This document shows, in pieces, positions 46,948 to 56,709 of a stretch of DNA of 64,000 nucleotides. The DNA is taken from the NCBI GenBank assembly GCA_934526065.1, contig CAKSZX010000001.1, positions 269,594-333,593 on the forward strand, in the 5' to 3' direction. Below the pieces are notes generated by a model. The model did no database searches and was not told where the DNA came from. It was given only the letters and a program-made list of their open reading frames with translations. A program made the position numbers and the translations under genes. Origin of the DNA: an uncultured Oscillospiraceae bacterium. GTDB lineage: Bacteria > Bacillota > Clostridia > Oscillospirales > Ruminococcaceae. Position 1 is the first letter of the stretch, and each line of letters starts with the position of its first letter.

Positions 46948-48393
46948 ATGAATATTCATCGGTTGTTGCAAAATGTAAAATACACAGGAAATCCGGGGGA
47001 TTTTGATACGGATTTTGTCACGGACGATTCCAGAAAGGTGCGAGCCGGCTGTGTGTTCGTGCGGAGTAAAGGCGGCAGTTTTGACGGCCACACCTTTGCC
47101 GAAAAGGCAGTTGAAATCGGCGCAAAATTGATTGTTGCCGAGAGAGATACAGGTGTTAAAAATCAGATTTTGGTGGAAAATTCAAGGCAAGCTTATGCCC
47201 TTATGTGCGGAAACTTGTTTGACAATCCGGCAAAAAAATTAAAAATGATAGGCATAACCGGCACAAACGGCAAAACCACCTCTGCTTTTTTGATTAAAGA
47301 TTTGTTACAGCAAATGGGCAAACAGGTTGGGCTTATGGGCACGGTACAAAATATGATAGGCAGCCAGATAATACCTGCCAAATTCACCACGCCCCAGCCA
47401 TACGAACTGAACGCTTTGCTTAGCCAAATGTATAAGTCCGGCTGTGAGTATGCGGTTATGGAAACATCAAGCCAGGCATTGGCACAAAATAGGCTCTACG
47501 GTATAAAATTTGATGTGGGTGTTTTTACAAATCTGACGCAAGACCACTTGGATTATCACAAGACAATGGAAAACTATTTTGACGCAAAGTGTTTGCTTTT
47601 TCAAAACAGTGAAAAAATAGTTGTAAATTATGACGACCCATACGGCAAAAAGGTTGCCGAGAGATTTAAAGACAAAGAAGTTATAACTTTTTCCGACAGA
47701 GACAACACTGCGGATTACACTGCCAGAAATATAGAGTATTCTTCAAAAAATGTAAAGTTTTTGATGGTTGCAAAGGGCAGTATAAACAGAGTGGATTTTC
47801 CTATGCCCGGTGAATATTCCGTCCACAATGCCATGGGTGCGGCTTTGGCTCTCATTGCCTTGGGCTTTGACGAAACAGATGTATGCACCGCTTTAAATCA
47901 TGTTCATGGCGTAAAGGGAAGATGCGAAATACTTGTAAAAGAACCTTTTACAGTTATATGCGACTACGCCCACACAGACGACGGACTGAAAAATGTGCTG
48001 TCATCTATTCGCCCCTTTGTAAAGGGCAGATTTATAGTTTTGTTCGGCTGTGCGGGAGAAAGAGACAGCGCAAAGCGTATTTTGATGGCTCACGCCGTGG
48101 CGGACTATGCGGATTATGTGTTCCTTACCAGCGACAATCCGAGAGGGGAGAATCCGCAGAGCATTATAGACAGTGTTTCCGGTTACTTTGATGAGAAAAA
48201 AGTACCTTACACTGCGGAAGTTGACAGAAGAAAAGCTATCAATTCCGCCCTTAATATGTTACAATATAACGATACACTTATATTGTGCGGTAAGGGACAC
48301 GAGGACTATCAGGTGTTAAACGGCATCACCGTGTACCTTGATGAACACGATATAGTGAAAAAATTTATGGATAATTACAATAAGGAAAATTGA
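46948..48393 (+). CDS. murE: UDP-N-acetylmuramoyl-L-alanyl-D-glutamate--2,6-diaminopimelate ligase (MurE)
   Basis: IGITGTNGKTTS P-loop; DNPR motif near the C-terminus (SDNPRGE) typical of meso-DAP-adding MurE. Confidence 0.85.
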   Translation: MNIHRLLQNVKYTGNPGDFDTDFVTDDSRKVRAGCVFVRSKGGSFDGHTFAEKAVEIGAKLIVAERDTGVKNQILVENSRQAYALMCGNLFDNPAKKLKMIGITGTNGKTTSAFLIKDLLQQMGKQVGLMGTVQNMIGSQIIPAKFTTPQPYELNALLSQMYKSGCEYAVMETSSQALAQNRLYGIKFDVGVFTNLTQDHLDYHKTMENYFDAKCLLFQNSEKIVVNYDDPYGKKVAERFKDKEVITFSDRDNTADYTARNIEYSSKNVKFLMVAKGSINRVDFPMPGEYSVHNAMGAALALIALGFDETDVCTALNHVHGVKGRCEILVKEPFTVICDYAHTDDGLKNVLSSIRPFVKGRFIVLFGCAGERDSAKRILMAHAVADYADYVFLTSDNPRGENPQSIIDSVSGYFDEKKVPYTAEVDRRKAINSALNMLQYNDTLILCGKGHEDYQVLNGITVYLDEHDIVKKFMDNYNKEN

Positions 48394-48394
48394 T

Positions 48395-49747
48395 ATGGAA
48401 GCAATTTTACTTTCACAGCTTGTAAAAGGTTTTGCAAGCCCGGCAAATGACTGCTATATAACCGATGTAGTAACCGATTCACGCAGCCGGGGCAAGGGCA
48501 GTTTGTTTCTTGCCATAAAAGGCGAAAGGGTAAACGGACAGAATTTTGCCCGGAAGGCACTGAGCCAAGGTGCGGAATTTGTTATCACGGAAGATTTAAT
48601 TGCCGATGTGCCTGCCGAAAAACAGCGGGTTGTTGCAAATGTTCTTGACGCAAGCATCAAAATGGGTGCAAATGTCAGGGCAAAATACAATCTTGATGTT
48701 ATCGGCGTAACCGGCAGCGTGGGCAAGACAACAACAAAAGATTTTATTTATGCGGCAATTTCGCCTTTTGCCCCTACGGTAAAAAGCCTGGGCAATCGGA
48801 ATAACGAACTGGGTATGCCAAAGACAATCTACACATTTACACAGGCGGATAAATTTCGGGTTTTGGAAATGGGTATGGAAAACTTCGGCGACGTACACAA
48901 ATTGTCGATGGCCGCAAAACCAAGAGCCGCTGTAATCACAGGTATCGGGGTTTCTCACCTTGAAAGAATGAAAACCCGCGAGAATATTTTTAAAGCAAAA
49001 ATGGAAATATGCGACGGTATGAGCGATGACGGAATTCTTGTATTAAACGGCGACGACGACTTTTTACCTGCCGCAAGACCGGAAAAGCCTAAAAATATCG
49101 TATATTTTGCAATCAAAAATCAAAATGCCGATGTTGTGGCAAAAAATATCCAACAGCAGGGCAGAAGTACCGCATTTGTTATAAGCGATAAAAAATACGG
49201 CGATTTTAACTGTGTTATACCTACCGTGGGCAATCACAATGTTATGGACGCAATGTCCGCTTACGCCGTTGCCACAAGGCTTGGCTTTGACCCGGCTCGG
49301 GTTTGCAAAAATTTGGGCGGATACCAGGTCTCCGGTTGGCGACAGAATTTTGTGGAAAAAAACGGCGCTTTGATTATAGAGGACTGCTACAATGCCGCCC
49401 CGGATTCCATGAAAGCGGCCATAGACACCCTTGTAAGCGTTGCAAAAGGCAGAAAGATTTGCTGTTTCGGCGATATGCTTGAACTTGGAGACGACACTGA
49501 TAATCTGCACCGTGAAGTAGGGGAGTACGCCAAGGAAAAGTGCGTTGACTGCATGTGGACTTACGGGGAAAAGGCAAGTTTTATCGCAAAAGGCTTCGGC
49601 GACGGAGCTGAGAATTTTGCCACAAAACAGGAACTTACCGACTATGTGATTAAAAACCTCAAAGCCGGCGACACTATTGTTTTAAAGCGGAGCCACAGCA
49701 GAAAATTTGAAGATATACTTGAACGGATTTATAAATATTGGGAGTAA
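48395..49747 (+). CDS. murF: UDP-N-acetylmuramoyl-tripeptide--D-alanyl-D-alanine ligase (MurF)
   Basis: IGVTGSVGKTTTKD P-loop; dcw position after murE. Confidence 0.85.
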   Translation: MEAILLSQLVKGFASPANDCYITDVVTDSRSRGKGSLFLAIKGERVNGQNFARKALSQGAEFVITEDLIADVPAEKQRVVANVLDASIKMGANVRAKYNLDVIGVTGSVGKTTTKDFIYAAISPFAPTVKSLGNRNNELGMPKTIYTFTQADKFRVLEMGMENFGDVHKLSMAAKPRAAVITGIGVSHLERMKTRENIFKAKMEICDGMSDDGILVLNGDDDFLPAARPEKPKNIVYFAIKNQNADVVAKNIQQQGRSTAFVISDKKYGDFNCVIPTVGNHNVMDAMSAYAVATRLGFDPARVCKNLGGYQVSGWRQNFVEKNGALIIEDCYNAAPDSMKAAIDTLVSVAKGRKICCFGDMLELGDDTDNLHREVGEYAKEKCVDCMWTYGEKASFIAKGFGDGAENFATKQELTDYVIKNLKAGDTIVLKRSHSRKFEDILERIYKYWE

Positions 49748-49750
49748 AAA

Positions 49751-50755
49751 ATGATTAGGATTTCTTTTTTGGTCACAGCGCTGTTGTCATTTGCACTGTC
49801 AGCTTTAAGCGGTTTTATATTTATACCTTGGTTAAGAAAGTTAAAATTCGGGCAAACTATTCTTGAAATAGGCCCGAATTGGCACCGGGCAAAGCAAGGC
49901 ACTCCTACAATGGGCGGTTTTATGTTTTATGCCGGAACTTTTGTAGGTATCTGCGGCGGTTTGTTTATGATTTCAGGTGAGCTTAAAAATTTAATCGGGG
50001 CAATGTACACAAACCAGGTTGTCAGCCTTTGCGTAAGCATGCTTACAGCCTTGGGTTTTGGCATTATCGGCTATGTTGACGACCATATAAAAGTTGTAAA
50101 AAAACAAAATTTGGGTCTCAGCCCAAAGTATAAAATTTTCGGTCAGGTCTTTGTTACCGCCGCCTTTTTGGCAGGGCAGTATTACATAGGCCATATCACC
50201 ACGGTAATTCAACTGCCTTTTTTAAAGCCTTTTGACTTGGGTTTGTTCTACTACCCCATAGCCTTTGTGGGCATAATATTTATGGTCAACGCCGTAAATT
50301 TAACCGACGGCATCGACGGTTTGTGTTCTTCCGTAACTTTTGTGGTGGCTCTCGGATTTATGATGATTTCCGCCGCTTACGGCTATTACACAAATGCGAT
50401 TTTCGCCATTGCATTGGCAGGGGCGCTTGTGGGCTTTTTGGTATGGAATTTCCACCCGGCAAAAGTATTTATGGGCGATACCGGCAGTATGTTTTTAGGC
50501 GGCGCCGTTGTTGCCATGGCATGGGCGGTAAACAGGCCGGAAATACTGGTGTTTATGGGAATTATTTACACATGCGAAGCTCTCAGTGTTGTTATTCAGG
50601 TAACATATTTTAAAATCACTCACGGCAAGAGAATTTTTAAAATGAGTCCTATTCATCACCATTTTGAAATGTGCGGGTGGAGCGAAGTAAAAATTGTTAC
50701 GATTTTTACCGCTATACGGACAATTTTTGTTGCCGTAGGCTATTTGACATTTTAA
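49751..50755 (+). CDS. mraY: Phospho-N-acetylmuramoyl-pentapeptide transferase (MraY)
   Basis: 334 aa; NLTDGIDGL and PIHHHFE motifs. Confidence 0.9.
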   Translation: MIRISFLVTALLSFALSALSGFIFIPWLRKLKFGQTILEIGPNWHRAKQGTPTMGGFMFYAGTFVGICGGLFMISGELKNLIGAMYTNQVVSLCVSMLTALGFGIIGYVDDHIKVVKKQNLGLSPKYKIFGQVFVTAAFLAGQYYIGHITTVIQLPFLKPFDLGLFYYPIAFVGIIFMVNAVNLTDGIDGLCSSVTFVVALGFMMISAAYGYYTNAIFAIALAGALVGFLVWNFHPAKVFMGDTGSMFLGGAVVAMAWAVNRPEILVFMGIIYTCEALSVVIQVTYFKITHGKRIFKMSPIHHHFEMCGWSEVKIVTIFTAIRTIFVAVGYLTF

Positions 50756-50776
50756 TTTTTAACGGAGGAAAGTGTT

Positions 50777-51952
50777 TTGGCGTCAAAGACAAAAACGAAA
50801 AAGCGTTTTAAAATAAGACAAATTTTCAACGAAAAAGGCAACGGTTTTGATTTGCCTTTTTTGGGCATTGTCATTATTCTTTTGCGGTTTGGCCTTGTTA
50901 TGCTTTATTCCGCAAGCTATGTAAAGGCGATTTACAAGTTTGACGACAGCCTCCACTATATAAGAAAACAGGTTCTATATGCAATTTTGGGCTTTGGAGT
51001 TATGATTTTTGCCTCAAGGGTAGATTACCATATTTACCGCAGGTTTATACCTGCCCTTATGGCTCTCACCTATGTGCTGTTGCTTGTGGTTCTCACAATG
51101 AAAGACTACAACGGCTGTCACAGGTGGATTACAATTCCCGGTGTGGGTACTTTTCAGCCTTCGGAAATCGCAAAGTTTGTGGAAATACTTGTATTTTCTC
51201 ATCTGATTGAGCGAAACTATGACAGAATGAAAGACCCACGATACGGTATAGTTCCATTTATGCTTGTGATTGTTTCCTTTGTTTCACTTTTGTATTTTGA
51301 ACCGCATCTTTCCTGTATTGTTATTATCTGTTTTATAGGTGCCACCATGATGTTTGTTGGCGGCAGTGATATAAAGTGGTTCGGCGTCGGATTTTTGGCT
51401 TTGCTCGGTGCGGTTATGATAGCCTTTTTGCTGTTTAGGGATCAAATAGGCCGGTACATTTACCCCCGTATAGAGTCCTGGAGACACCCGGAGCTTGACT
51501 TGCAAGGTGATGGATACCAAAGTTACCAGGCTTTGCTTGCCATAGGCAGCGGCGGTCTGTTTGGCTTGGGTATAGGTAACTCAAGACAAAAGCATTTACA
51601 TTTGCCGGAAATGCAAAATGACTTTATATACCCGATTATTTGCGAAGAACTGGGTTTTATCGGCGGTATGCTTGTTATCATTTTGTTTTTGGCACTGCTT
51701 TTCAGAGGATTTCAGATTGCGAAAAAAGCCAAGGACAAATTCGGCGCAATGATGGTTATAGGTATAATCACACAAATTTCAATTCAGGCTTTTTTAAATA
51801 TAGCCGTTGCGACAAACACAATACCTAACACAGGTATCTCGCTGCCGTTCTTTTCCGACGGCGGCACTGCGCTGCTTATGGTACTGGGGGAACTGGGTAT
51901 TGTTTTATCTGTATCACGACAGGCAAATATGAATGAGGATGACGGAGAATGA
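50777..51952 (+). CDS. ftsW: FtsW/SpoVE (SEDS family) peptidoglycan glycosyltransferase
   Basis: 391 aa; 10 TM helices; SEDS motifs (QPSE, LPEMQNDFI... region); follows mraY directly with no murD. Confidence 0.85.
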   Translation: MASKTKTKKRFKIRQIFNEKGNGFDLPFLGIVIILLRFGLVMLYSASYVKAIYKFDDSLHYIRKQVLYAILGFGVMIFASRVDYHIYRRFIPALMALTYVLLLVVLTMKDYNGCHRWITIPGVGTFQPSEIAKFVEILVFSHLIERNYDRMKDPRYGIVPFMLVIVSFVSLLYFEPHLSCIVIICFIGATMMFVGGSDIKWFGVGFLALLGAVMIAFLLFRDQIGRYIYPRIESWRHPELDLQGDGYQSYQALLAIGSGGLFGLGIGNSRQKHLHLPEMQNDFIYPIICEELGFIGGMLVIILFLALLFRGFQIAKKAKDKFGAMMVIGIITQISIQAFLNIAVATNTIPNTGISLPFFSDGGTALLMVLGELGIVLSVSRQANMNEDDGE

Positions 51953-53070
51953 AAGTTATAATTGCCGCCGGCGGCACAGCCGGACACATAAACCCGGGCC
52001 TTGCCATAGCCCAGTATATAAAATCAAAACACCCGGAGGCGGAGATAATGTTTGTGGGCCGCAAGTCCGGCATGGAATACGGCCTTGTGACAAAGGCAGG
52101 TTACGAATTTTGCCACATGGAGGTAACAGGTTTTCAACGCAAGATAACGCCTCAGAATATCGGCAGGAATATCATTACGGTGAAAAATCTTTTGACGGCA
52201 GGGGCAAAATCCAAAAAGATTTTAAAGGACTTCAAACCTGATATTGTCATAGGCTGCGGCGGATATGTATCCGGCCCGATAGTTTTGCAGGCGGCAAAAA
52301 TGGGTATAAAAACCGCTATACACGAACAGAATGCCTTTCCGGGCGTGACAAATAAAATACTTGCAAAAAATGTAGACACGGTATTTTTGGCAACCGAAAA
52401 GGCAAAAAAATATCTTGACGAAAAGGCAAATATCATAGTTTGCGGCAATCCGGTGAGAATGGAAATTCAATCTGCCGACAGCCTAAAGGCTAAAAAAGAA
52501 CTTGGGGTAGAGGGCAAAACCGTCCTCCTGTCTTTCGGCGGCTCTCTCGGCGCCATGATGGTAAACAACCGGATGAAGAGCCTTGTTTTGCACAATAGGG
52601 ACAGAAAAGATATTGTACACTTTCATGTTGTGGGCAAGTACGACGACGGCGATTTTGTAAAATTTTTGAGTGAAAACGGCATAGAGCAGTCGGAAAATTT
52701 AAAGGTGTTTGAGTACCTTTATGACATACCTAAATATATGGCTGCGGCGGATATAATCATAAGTCGCTGCGGCGCATTGACCATTGCGGAAATAGGCTGT
52801 ATGGGCAAGGCATCAATACTTATTCCGTCGCCGAATGTGGCGGAAAACCACCAGTATTACAACGGCAAAGTGCTGTCGGACATAGGTGCCGGAATTTTGA
52901 TTGAAGAGAAAAATCTGAACGAAAAATCCATTACCGAGGCATTTGACAGCCTGTACCTAAACCCGGAAAAAATAATCAAAATGGGTCAGCTTGCAAAAAC
53001 CACATACAGGCGGGATTGTTTGGATATAATCTATAATAATCTTAATCTTGACCCAAAGAACGGGGATTGA
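51949..53070 (+). CDS. murG: UDP-GlcNAc--undecaprenyl-PP-MurNAc-pentapeptide GlcNAc transferase (MurG)
   Basis: MKVIIAAGGTAGHINP N-terminus and GT28 C-terminal domain. Confidence 0.85.
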   Translation: MKVIIAAGGTAGHINPGLAIAQYIKSKHPEAEIMFVGRKSGMEYGLVTKAGYEFCHMEVTGFQRKITPQNIGRNIITVKNLLTAGAKSKKILKDFKPDIVIGCGGYVSGPIVLQAAKMGIKTAIHEQNAFPGVTNKILAKNVDTVFLATEKAKKYLDEKANIIVCGNPVRMEIQSADSLKAKKELGVEGKTVLLSFGGSLGAMMVNNRMKSLVLHNRDRKDIVHFHVVGKYDDGDFVKFLSENGIEQSENLKVFEYLYDIPKYMAAADIIISRCGALTIAEIGCMGKASILIPSPNVAENHQYYNGKVLSDIGAGILIEEKNLNEKSITEAFDSLYLNPEKIIKMGQLAKTTYRRDCLDIIYNNLNLDPKNGD

Positions 53071-53885
53071 AAGTGAAATCCGAGAATAAATCAAAACAAA
53101 AGAGCAAAATCAAGAAAGCACAGGATGAAAATGTTCTGCGACCGGAAAAATTTGCCGGTGAAAAAAAGAGCCGAAAAGATATAAGAAAACAAAAAAAACA
53201 CAATGCCATTGCAACATTTATACTTGTGGCAATACTTATAGGCATATGCGGCTACATATCGGTAAAAGTGTTCTTTATTGTTCAGACTGTGGATGTGGAA
53301 GGGTCCGAAAAATACTCTCGGCGGGAGATTGCAAATTTTTGCGCCATACCTTTCGGAGAGAATATATTCAATGTTGATACGGAATATTACCAAAATGCCC
53401 TGCCGGAAAATTTTACATACATAGAAACCGCCACGGTGCAGCGCAAGTTACCCAACAAAATAAAAATCACCGTTGTGGATTCTGTACCCACATATTATGA
53501 GGAAACTTCCGTAGACGGCGGCACCGCCTACACGGTGTACTCCCAGAGTTTAAAGCCTTTAACCGGCACGGCGCAAAAGCCGGATAACCTTATAGGCATT
53601 TGGGTAAATCAAGAGGACGAAAACAGCCTTGGTGTATTTAATTCGGTTGTAGAATTTATAACCGACGGCGGCTATGACAAAGTCACTCAAATAAACACGG
53701 TGCAAACGGATAACATCAGCATCGAATATGACGGAAGAATCACCGTAAAACTTGGCACAATGCTAGATATGGCATACAAATTGAAGATGGCGTATTATGT
53801 TTTGCATCAGAAAATTCCCGAAGGGGAGAGAGGCGTTATGGACGCCACCGACGGCGGAAATGTTATTTACCGTATGACGGCGTAA
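53067..53885 (+). CDS. ftsQ: FtsQ/DivIB-like cell-division protein (POTRA)
   Basis: 272 aa; basic cytoplasmic tail, single TM, POTRA-like region (VQTVDVEGSEKYSRREI). Confidence 0.6.
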   Translation: MKVKSENKSKQKSKIKKAQDENVLRPEKFAGEKKSRKDIRKQKKHNAIATFILVAILIGICGYISVKVFFIVQTVDVEGSEKYSRREIANFCAIPFGENIFNVDTEYYQNALPENFTYIETATVQRKLPNKIKITVVDSVPTYYEETSVDGGTAYTVYSQSLKPLTGTAQKPDNLIGIWVNQEDENSLGVFNSVVEFITDGGYDKVTQINTVQTDNISIEYDGRITVKLGTMLDMAYKLKMAYYVLHQKIPEGERGVMDATDGGNVIYRMTA

Positions 53886-54043
53886 AAAAATAAAATAATT
53901 ATGAAAAAATGTTGAAATAGCGACAAAAATTTGTTATAGTTATTGTATATAATTATTTCGATAATTTATAAGCGTAAATTTAAAATATTTTCTGTTCTGC
54001 CCAAGGCGGAACTTTTGGATAAAATTTAGCGGAGGAATTGAAA

Positions 54044-55198
54044 ATGAGTTTTTACTTGGATGAAGAAGTTACAAATGCCACCAATATAAAAGTTGTAGGC
54101 GTAGGTGGCGGCGGCGGTAATGCCGTAAACAGAATGGTTGTTTCGGGACTTAAAGATGTTGAGTTTGTCGCCATGAACACCGACGCACAGGCACTTCAAT
54201 CCTCTAAGGCAACACAAAAAGTTCAGCTTGGTGCAAAGCTCACAAAGGGCAGAGGCGCAGGTGCCGACCCTGAAATAGGCCAGAGAGCCGCAGAAGAAAG
54301 TAAGGACGAAATTCTTCGGGCATTAAAGGGCTGCCAGATGGTATTTGTAACCGCAGGTATGGGCGGCGGCACAGGTACAGGTGCTGCGCCGGTTGTTGCG
54401 GAAGTTGCAAAAGAACAGGGCATACTCACAGTGGGAATTGTTACAAAGCCTTTTATGTTTGAGGGTAGCCGGAAAATGAAAAAGGCGGAAAAAGGTATTT
54501 CCAGCCTTCTCAAAAATGTGGACAGCCTTATTGTTATACCTAACGAAAAGTTGAAGAGCGTTTCCACAGAAAAAATCACATTGCGGAATGCTTTTGAAAT
54601 TGCCGACAGCGTTTTGAAACAGGGCGTTGAGTCTATTTCGGGTCTTATCAGCGATTCTTCATACATCAACCTTGACTTTGCCGATGTTCGTGCAATTATG
54701 AAAGACGCAGGCCGTGCCCATATGGGTATAGGCAGAGCATCCGGCGAAAACCGTGCTCAGGAAGCCGCAAAGATGGCTATTTCAAGCCCGTTGCTTGAAA
54801 CATCAATCGACGAGGCAATGGGTGTTATCATATTCTTTGTTGTGCCGGCAGATGTAGGTCTTGACGAAGTTGACGAGGCCGCAACCCTTATTACATCCAC
54901 AGCCAACGAAGAGGCAAACATTATTTGGGGCGCACGGTTTGACCCGAATATGACAGACGAATTTAAAGTTACCGTTGTTGCCACAGGTTTTGAAAATGCA
55001 AAGAAAAACAAGAAGGACGACGATTTTTCAAGAGCCGCAAAAGCAGACCTTATAGGGGATAAAAACGGCAACTGGTTTGACGATGAGGATTTTGATGTTA
55101 TAAATTGGAGCAGCAAAACCACTCACTTAAACGATGACGAAAGCGAAAAATACCTTGAATCAATCAAGGCTGTACTCAGGGGCAATTCCGGAAAATAA
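54044..55198 (+). CDS. ftsZ: Cell division GTPase FtsZ
   Basis: IKVVGVGGGGGNAVNRM and GGGTGTGAAPVVA tubulin signature; ATG 54044 after a GGAGG RBS. Confidence 0.9.
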   Translation: MSFYLDEEVTNATNIKVVGVGGGGGNAVNRMVVSGLKDVEFVAMNTDAQALQSSKATQKVQLGAKLTKGRGAGADPEIGQRAAEESKDEILRALKGCQMVFVTAGMGGGTGTGAAPVVAEVAKEQGILTVGIVTKPFMFEGSRKMKKAEKGISSLLKNVDSLIVIPNEKLKSVSTEKITLRNAFEIADSVLKQGVESISGLISDSSYINLDFADVRAIMKDAGRAHMGIGRASGENRAQEAAKMAISSPLLETSIDEAMGVIIFFVVPADVGLDEVDEAATLITSTANEEANIIWGARFDPNMTDEFKVTVVATGFENAKKNKKDDDFSRAAKADLIGDKNGNWFDDEDFDVINWSSKTTHLNDDESEKYLESIKAVLRGNSGK

Positions 55199-55227
55199 TT
55201 TATCAGTAATAACACCGGGGTGTTTAT

Positions 55228-56034
55228 ATGGAAAATGTTTTGTTCAACCAGTCACTTTTTGGTTTTGACAGGGGGCAGGTGCTTAAATATATCGACGATA
55301 TGTCGGCGCAGATGTCTCGGCAGGCTCGGGAGTATGCAAAAAAACAGACAGACTTGCAGGAAGAAATAGAAAAATTATCCGGGCAGGTTTCACGGATAAG
55401 TGATGAGTTTAATATTTCTGCCGAAAATGCCGATAAGCTGAAAAATGACTTACAAATTTTAAAACAGAATAATGACGAATTAAAACGCCAGGTTTCTTTG
55501 TACCGTGCAATGGTAACCGAAAGGGACAAGCAGATAGAACTTGTAAAAGGGGATATATCCGCAGCACGGGAGCGACAAAAGGCTTTGGAGGAAGAAAACG
55601 CCCGGTGGAAGTCCAAGCAGGACGAAATAGCCGCCTGTATGGTGGAGGCTCAAATGAGGGCTAAGGAGATTATCCAAAGCGCCGATGACGAGGCCGCCAG
55701 GCGCAAACGGCAGTTTAACGATAACGCCGCCCGGCTGTTGGACAAGGTTGAAGATTTTAAAGTCGAGATTGCCGATTTAGAGAGGCAACTTAACGATTCT
55801 TTTGAAAAGCTCAACGCCGCCATGCGGAATATGGACAAGGCCGGAAATATTATAGAAAACCAGGTAAAAGAATACCAAAGGGGCATAAGAACCATTGATA
55901 TTGTAAAGCCGGATGATCGGGAAATTGCAGGTGAAAAGCATACCTACGCCGCCGTAAAGCCGGTTAGCAAAGCTGGCAAAAAGACATTGACCGATGCGGT
56001 TTTAGACTCCATTTCAAAGCTTTTGGATAGGTAA
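55228..56034 (+). CDS. DivIVA-domain coiled-coil protein
   Basis: N-terminal FGFDRGQVLKYIDDM resembles the DivIVA FxxGYDxxEVDxFLD motif; long coiled coil; position after ftsZ. Confidence 0.45.
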   Translation: MENVLFNQSLFGFDRGQVLKYIDDMSAQMSRQAREYAKKQTDLQEEIEKLSGQVSRISDEFNISAENADKLKNDLQILKQNNDELKRQVSLYRAMVTERDKQIELVKGDISAARERQKALEEENARWKSKQDEIAACMVEAQMRAKEIIQSADDEAARRKRQFNDNAARLLDKVEDFKVEIADLERQLNDSFEKLNAAMRNMDKAGNIIENQVKEYQRGIRTIDIVKPDDREIAGEKHTYAAVKPVSKAGKKTLTDAVLDSISKLLDR

Positions 56035-56117
56035 ATGTGATTTAATCACAACATTATATCCCGGGCTCTGTTATAATACGGACAAATGATTACATAATCA
56101 GTAAAGGAGATATAATT

Positions 56118-56429
56118 ATGGAAGTAACAATTACAAAAGAAAATTTTGAACAGGTTGTTCTTAAAAGCGACAAGCCGGTTTTGGTAGATTTTTGGGCAAC
56201 ATGGTGCGGTCCTTGCAAAATGCTCAGCCCGATTATCGAAGAAGTTCGGAAAGAGACAGAGGGCAAGGCTGTTGTAGGCAAAATCAATGTTGACGAACAG
56301 CAGGAACTTGCAATGCAGTTCGGCGTTATGAGCATTCCTACATTGTTGGTTTTCAAAAATGGCGAGATTGTTAAAAAGCAGATCGGATTTATTCCGAAAC
56401 AGGCTGTTTTGGGATTGCTTGACCTTTAA
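56118..56429 (+). CDS. trxA: Thioredoxin
   Basis: 103 aa; WATWCGPCKM active site. Confidence 0.9.
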   Translation: MEVTITKENFEQVVLKSDKPVLVDFWATWCGPCKMLSPIIEEVRKETEGKAVVGKINVDEQQELAMQFGVMSIPTLLVFKNGEIVKKQIGFIPKQAVLGLLDL

Positions 56430-56709
56430 TAAAAACAAGATTTTACCGGGGGTGTTTGCCTCCGGTTTTTATTTTTATTGATATAAAATTTGCAAAATAT
56501 CCCATAAACTGATATAATACAAAGGCTTGTATGCAAATAATCACATATTTAATGATTATACTAATAATAGAAATATTAAAATCTCTTTAAATGTCTTTTT
56601 TTCGTTGATTATTTACATAAAAAAGTGTAAAATTACATTAAGTATGTATATTTGGCGACGGCCGGTTTTAGCTTATATAATTTGCTTCGCCTTAAACTTA
56701 GGAGAATTT

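Noticed and set aside
54038-54043. TTG start giving MKMSFYL for ftsZ
   Set aside because: The ATG at 54044 has a GGAGG RBS at the right spacing and matches the usual MxF/LxxE FtsZ N-terminus.
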